Origin: Squalus acanthias
Taxonomy: Eukaryota
Assembly: GCA_030390025.1 (NCBI GenBank)
Contig: CM059425.1
Span: 167,464,001 to 167,528,000, forward strand
Direction: 5' to 3'
DNA: 64,000 nt
Position numbers and translations under genes: made by a program
Part shown: positions 62,687-64,000 of the stretch, piece by piece
How positions within the stretch are numbered: the first letter of the stretch is position 1
Layout of the letters: each line of letters begins with the position of its first letter
The notes under the pieces: model-generated
Database searches by the model: none
Seen by the model: only the letters and a program-made list of their open reading frames with translations
Told to the model about the DNA's origin: nothing

Positions 62687-64000
62687 CAATAGACTGATCA
62701 AGACCTTCGATCCAGACCTTCAAAACATCCTACGCGCTCTCATCCCACGTACTCCCCGCGTGGGAGACTTCTACTGCCTCCCAAAGATACACAAAGCCAA
62801 CACACCCGGACGTCCTATCGTATCAGGCAATGGAACCCTGTGTGAGAACCTCTCTGGATACGTCGAGGGCATTCTGAAACCCATCGTACAGGGAACCCCC
62901 AGCTTCTGTCGCGACACTACAGACTTCTTACAGAAACTCAGCACCCACGGACCAGTTGAACCAGGAACACTCCTTGCCACGATGGACGTATCGGCACTCT
63001 ACACCAGTATCCCCCACGATGACGGCATCGCTGCAACAGCCTCAGTACTCAACATCAACAACAGCCAATCTCCAGACGCCATCCTACAACTCATCCGCTT
63101 CATCCTTGACCACAATGTCTTCACCTTCGACAACCATTTTTTTACCCAAACACACGGAACAGCCATGGGGACCAAATTCGCACCCCAATACGCCAACATC
63201 TTCATGCACAAGTTCGAGCAAGACTTCTTCGCTGCACAGGACCTCCAGCCAACGCTGTACACCAGATACATCGACGACATTTTCTTCCTTTGGACCCATG
63301 GCGAAGGATCACTGAAAAGACTACACGATAACATAAACAAGTTCCATCCCACCATCAAACTCACCATGGACTACTCCTCAGAATCGGTCTCATTCCTGGA
63401 CACACGAATCTCCATCAAAGACGGACACCTCAGCACTTCACTCTACCGCAAGCCCACGGACAACCTCACGATGCTCCACTTCTCCAGCTTCCACCCTAAC
63501 CATGTTAAAGAAGCCATCCCCTATGGACAAGCCCTGCGAATACACAGGATCTGCTCAGACGAGGAGGAACGCGATGGACACCTACGGACGCTGAAAAACG
63601 CCCTCGTAAGAACGGGATATGACGCTCGACTCATCAATCGACAGTTCCGACGGGCCACAGCGAAAAATCGCATAGACCTCCTCAGAAGGCAAACACGGGA
63701 CACAACCAACAGGGTACCCTACGTCGTCCAGTACTTCCCCGGAGCGGAGAAACTACGACATGTTCTTCGCAGCCTTCAACATGTCATCGATGACGACAAA
63801 CACCTCGCTAAGGCCATCCCCACGCCTCCACTACTTGCCTTCAAACAGCCGCCTAACCTCAGAAGTACCATCGTTCGCAGCAAATTACCCAGCTTTCAGG
63901 ATAACAGCGACCACGACACCACACAACCCTGCCATGGCAAACTCTGCAAGACATGCCAGATCATCAACACAGATACCACCATCACACGTGAGGACACTAC
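62687..64000 (+). mobile_element. Inverted second copy of the Penelope element (runs off the window)
   Basis: Reverse complement of 60897-62210; mirrored ORFs in the supplied track are identical (e.g. 61582-61941 minus = 62956-63315 plus). Confidence 0.95.

Larger units (their letters stand above)
60084..62688 (-). mobile_element. Penelope-like element (Neptune-type), 5' truncated, with 3' UTR/pLTR
   Basis: Open RT plus GIY-YIG ORF followed by about 460 bp of UTR with a hammerhead motif, ending gtccaccccagtccaacaccggcatctcc. Confidence 0.95.

Noticed and set aside
62687..62701. Start of the 718-aa Penelope ORF as a genuine N-terminus
   Set aside because: These codons come from the inverted arm across the junction; the element is 5'-truncated.

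Overview
Vertebrate genomic DNA, most likely from a cartilaginous fish (inferred from the repeat repertoire). The only host gene is the 5' part of the polysialyltransferase ST8SIA4 on the minus strand: coding exons 1-3 at 27156-27262, 25640-25771 and 11453-11710, all with GT/AG boundaries and in phase. A GC-box/CCAAT promoter lies at about 27480-27535; exons 4-5 were not found and probably lie left of the window. The rest is mostly nested transposable elements: CR1 LINEs; a second CR1/L2-group LINE family with a tRNA-like head and no visible ORF1 (one copy has twin-priming-like 5' inversion geometry); many PIF/Harbinger elements (two two-gene copies, a nuclease-less copy with a spliceable Myb/SANT gene, and several MITEs); three TG...CA solo LTRs; a small hAT-like element stretched to 5.5 kb by nested insertions; Deu-type SINEs, one of which contains about 56 copies of a 33-bp minisatellite; and a young Neptune-type Penelope element with an open RT-GIY-YIG ORF, a minimal hammerhead motif and an apparently identical inverted copy forming a palindrome of at least 3.1 kb. 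A diverged ~150-bp inverted repeat pair 18 kb apart (32392-32540 / 50290-50436) is not explained by any recognised element. Family names and comparisons with human protein are from recall, not database searches.
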